A DNA stretch of 63,638 nt, filler included, from Sphacelaria rigidula (lineage: Eukaryota), in assembly GCA_964200075.2 (NCBI GenBank). It is 5 parts of 5 records of this genome, joined end to end, with 100 filler letters (N's around TTAATTAATTAA, not from the genome) between each part and the next. Parts side by side here need not be neighbours in the genome. Positions count along the whole stretch, not along the records: positions 50,993 to 63,638 come from CAXNAA020003540.1; 4 more parts are not named here. One strand, 5' to 3'. Positions 63,592 to 63,638 of this stretch are shown here, in pieces. The position numbers and the translations under genes are program-made. Position 1 is the stretch's first letter. Each line of letters opens with the position of its first letter. The notes beneath the pieces were generated by a model. The model saw nothing but the letters and a program-made list of their open reading frames with translations, did not search any database and had not been told where the DNA came from.

Positions 63592-63638
63592 TCCTTCCCC
63601 CACCGCTCGCTTGGTGATTGAAACACCCTGGATCCGTT

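Overview
Eukaryotic, intron- and transposon-rich DNA, most consistent with a brown alga or other stramenopile (inferred from long introns, a bipartite plastid-type leader and the repeat landscape). The window is not one locus. It is five contigs of 12650, 12649, 12647, 12646 and 12646 bp, ordered by decreasing length and joined by identical 100-bp spacers (N44-TTAATTAATTAA-N44), so no linkage should be inferred across the gaps. Two genes can be reconstructed by hand from phase-compatible exons. The first is the 5' part of a probably plastid-targeted NOG1-like GTPase (3 exons, contig 1). The second is an 8-exon, 5'-truncated gene in contig 5 encoding 1109 aa: a CRAL-TRIO/Sec14 C-terminal part, a Gly/Ser/Asp-rich linker with an FFAT-like motif, and about 12 TM segments including two tetraspanin-like repeats. 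An orphan multi-pass membrane protein exon lies in contig 2. The rest is mostly mobile DNA: a tRNA-derived SINE family, a decayed RTE-clade LINE, a rearranged Ty3/Gypsy remnant with integrase, nested MITEs, foldback elements, retroelement 3' ends finishing in oligo-C, and a TIR element filled with a phased 42-bp repeat/spacer array that superficially resembles CRISPR. Family assignments come from motif recognition by eye. No searches were run.
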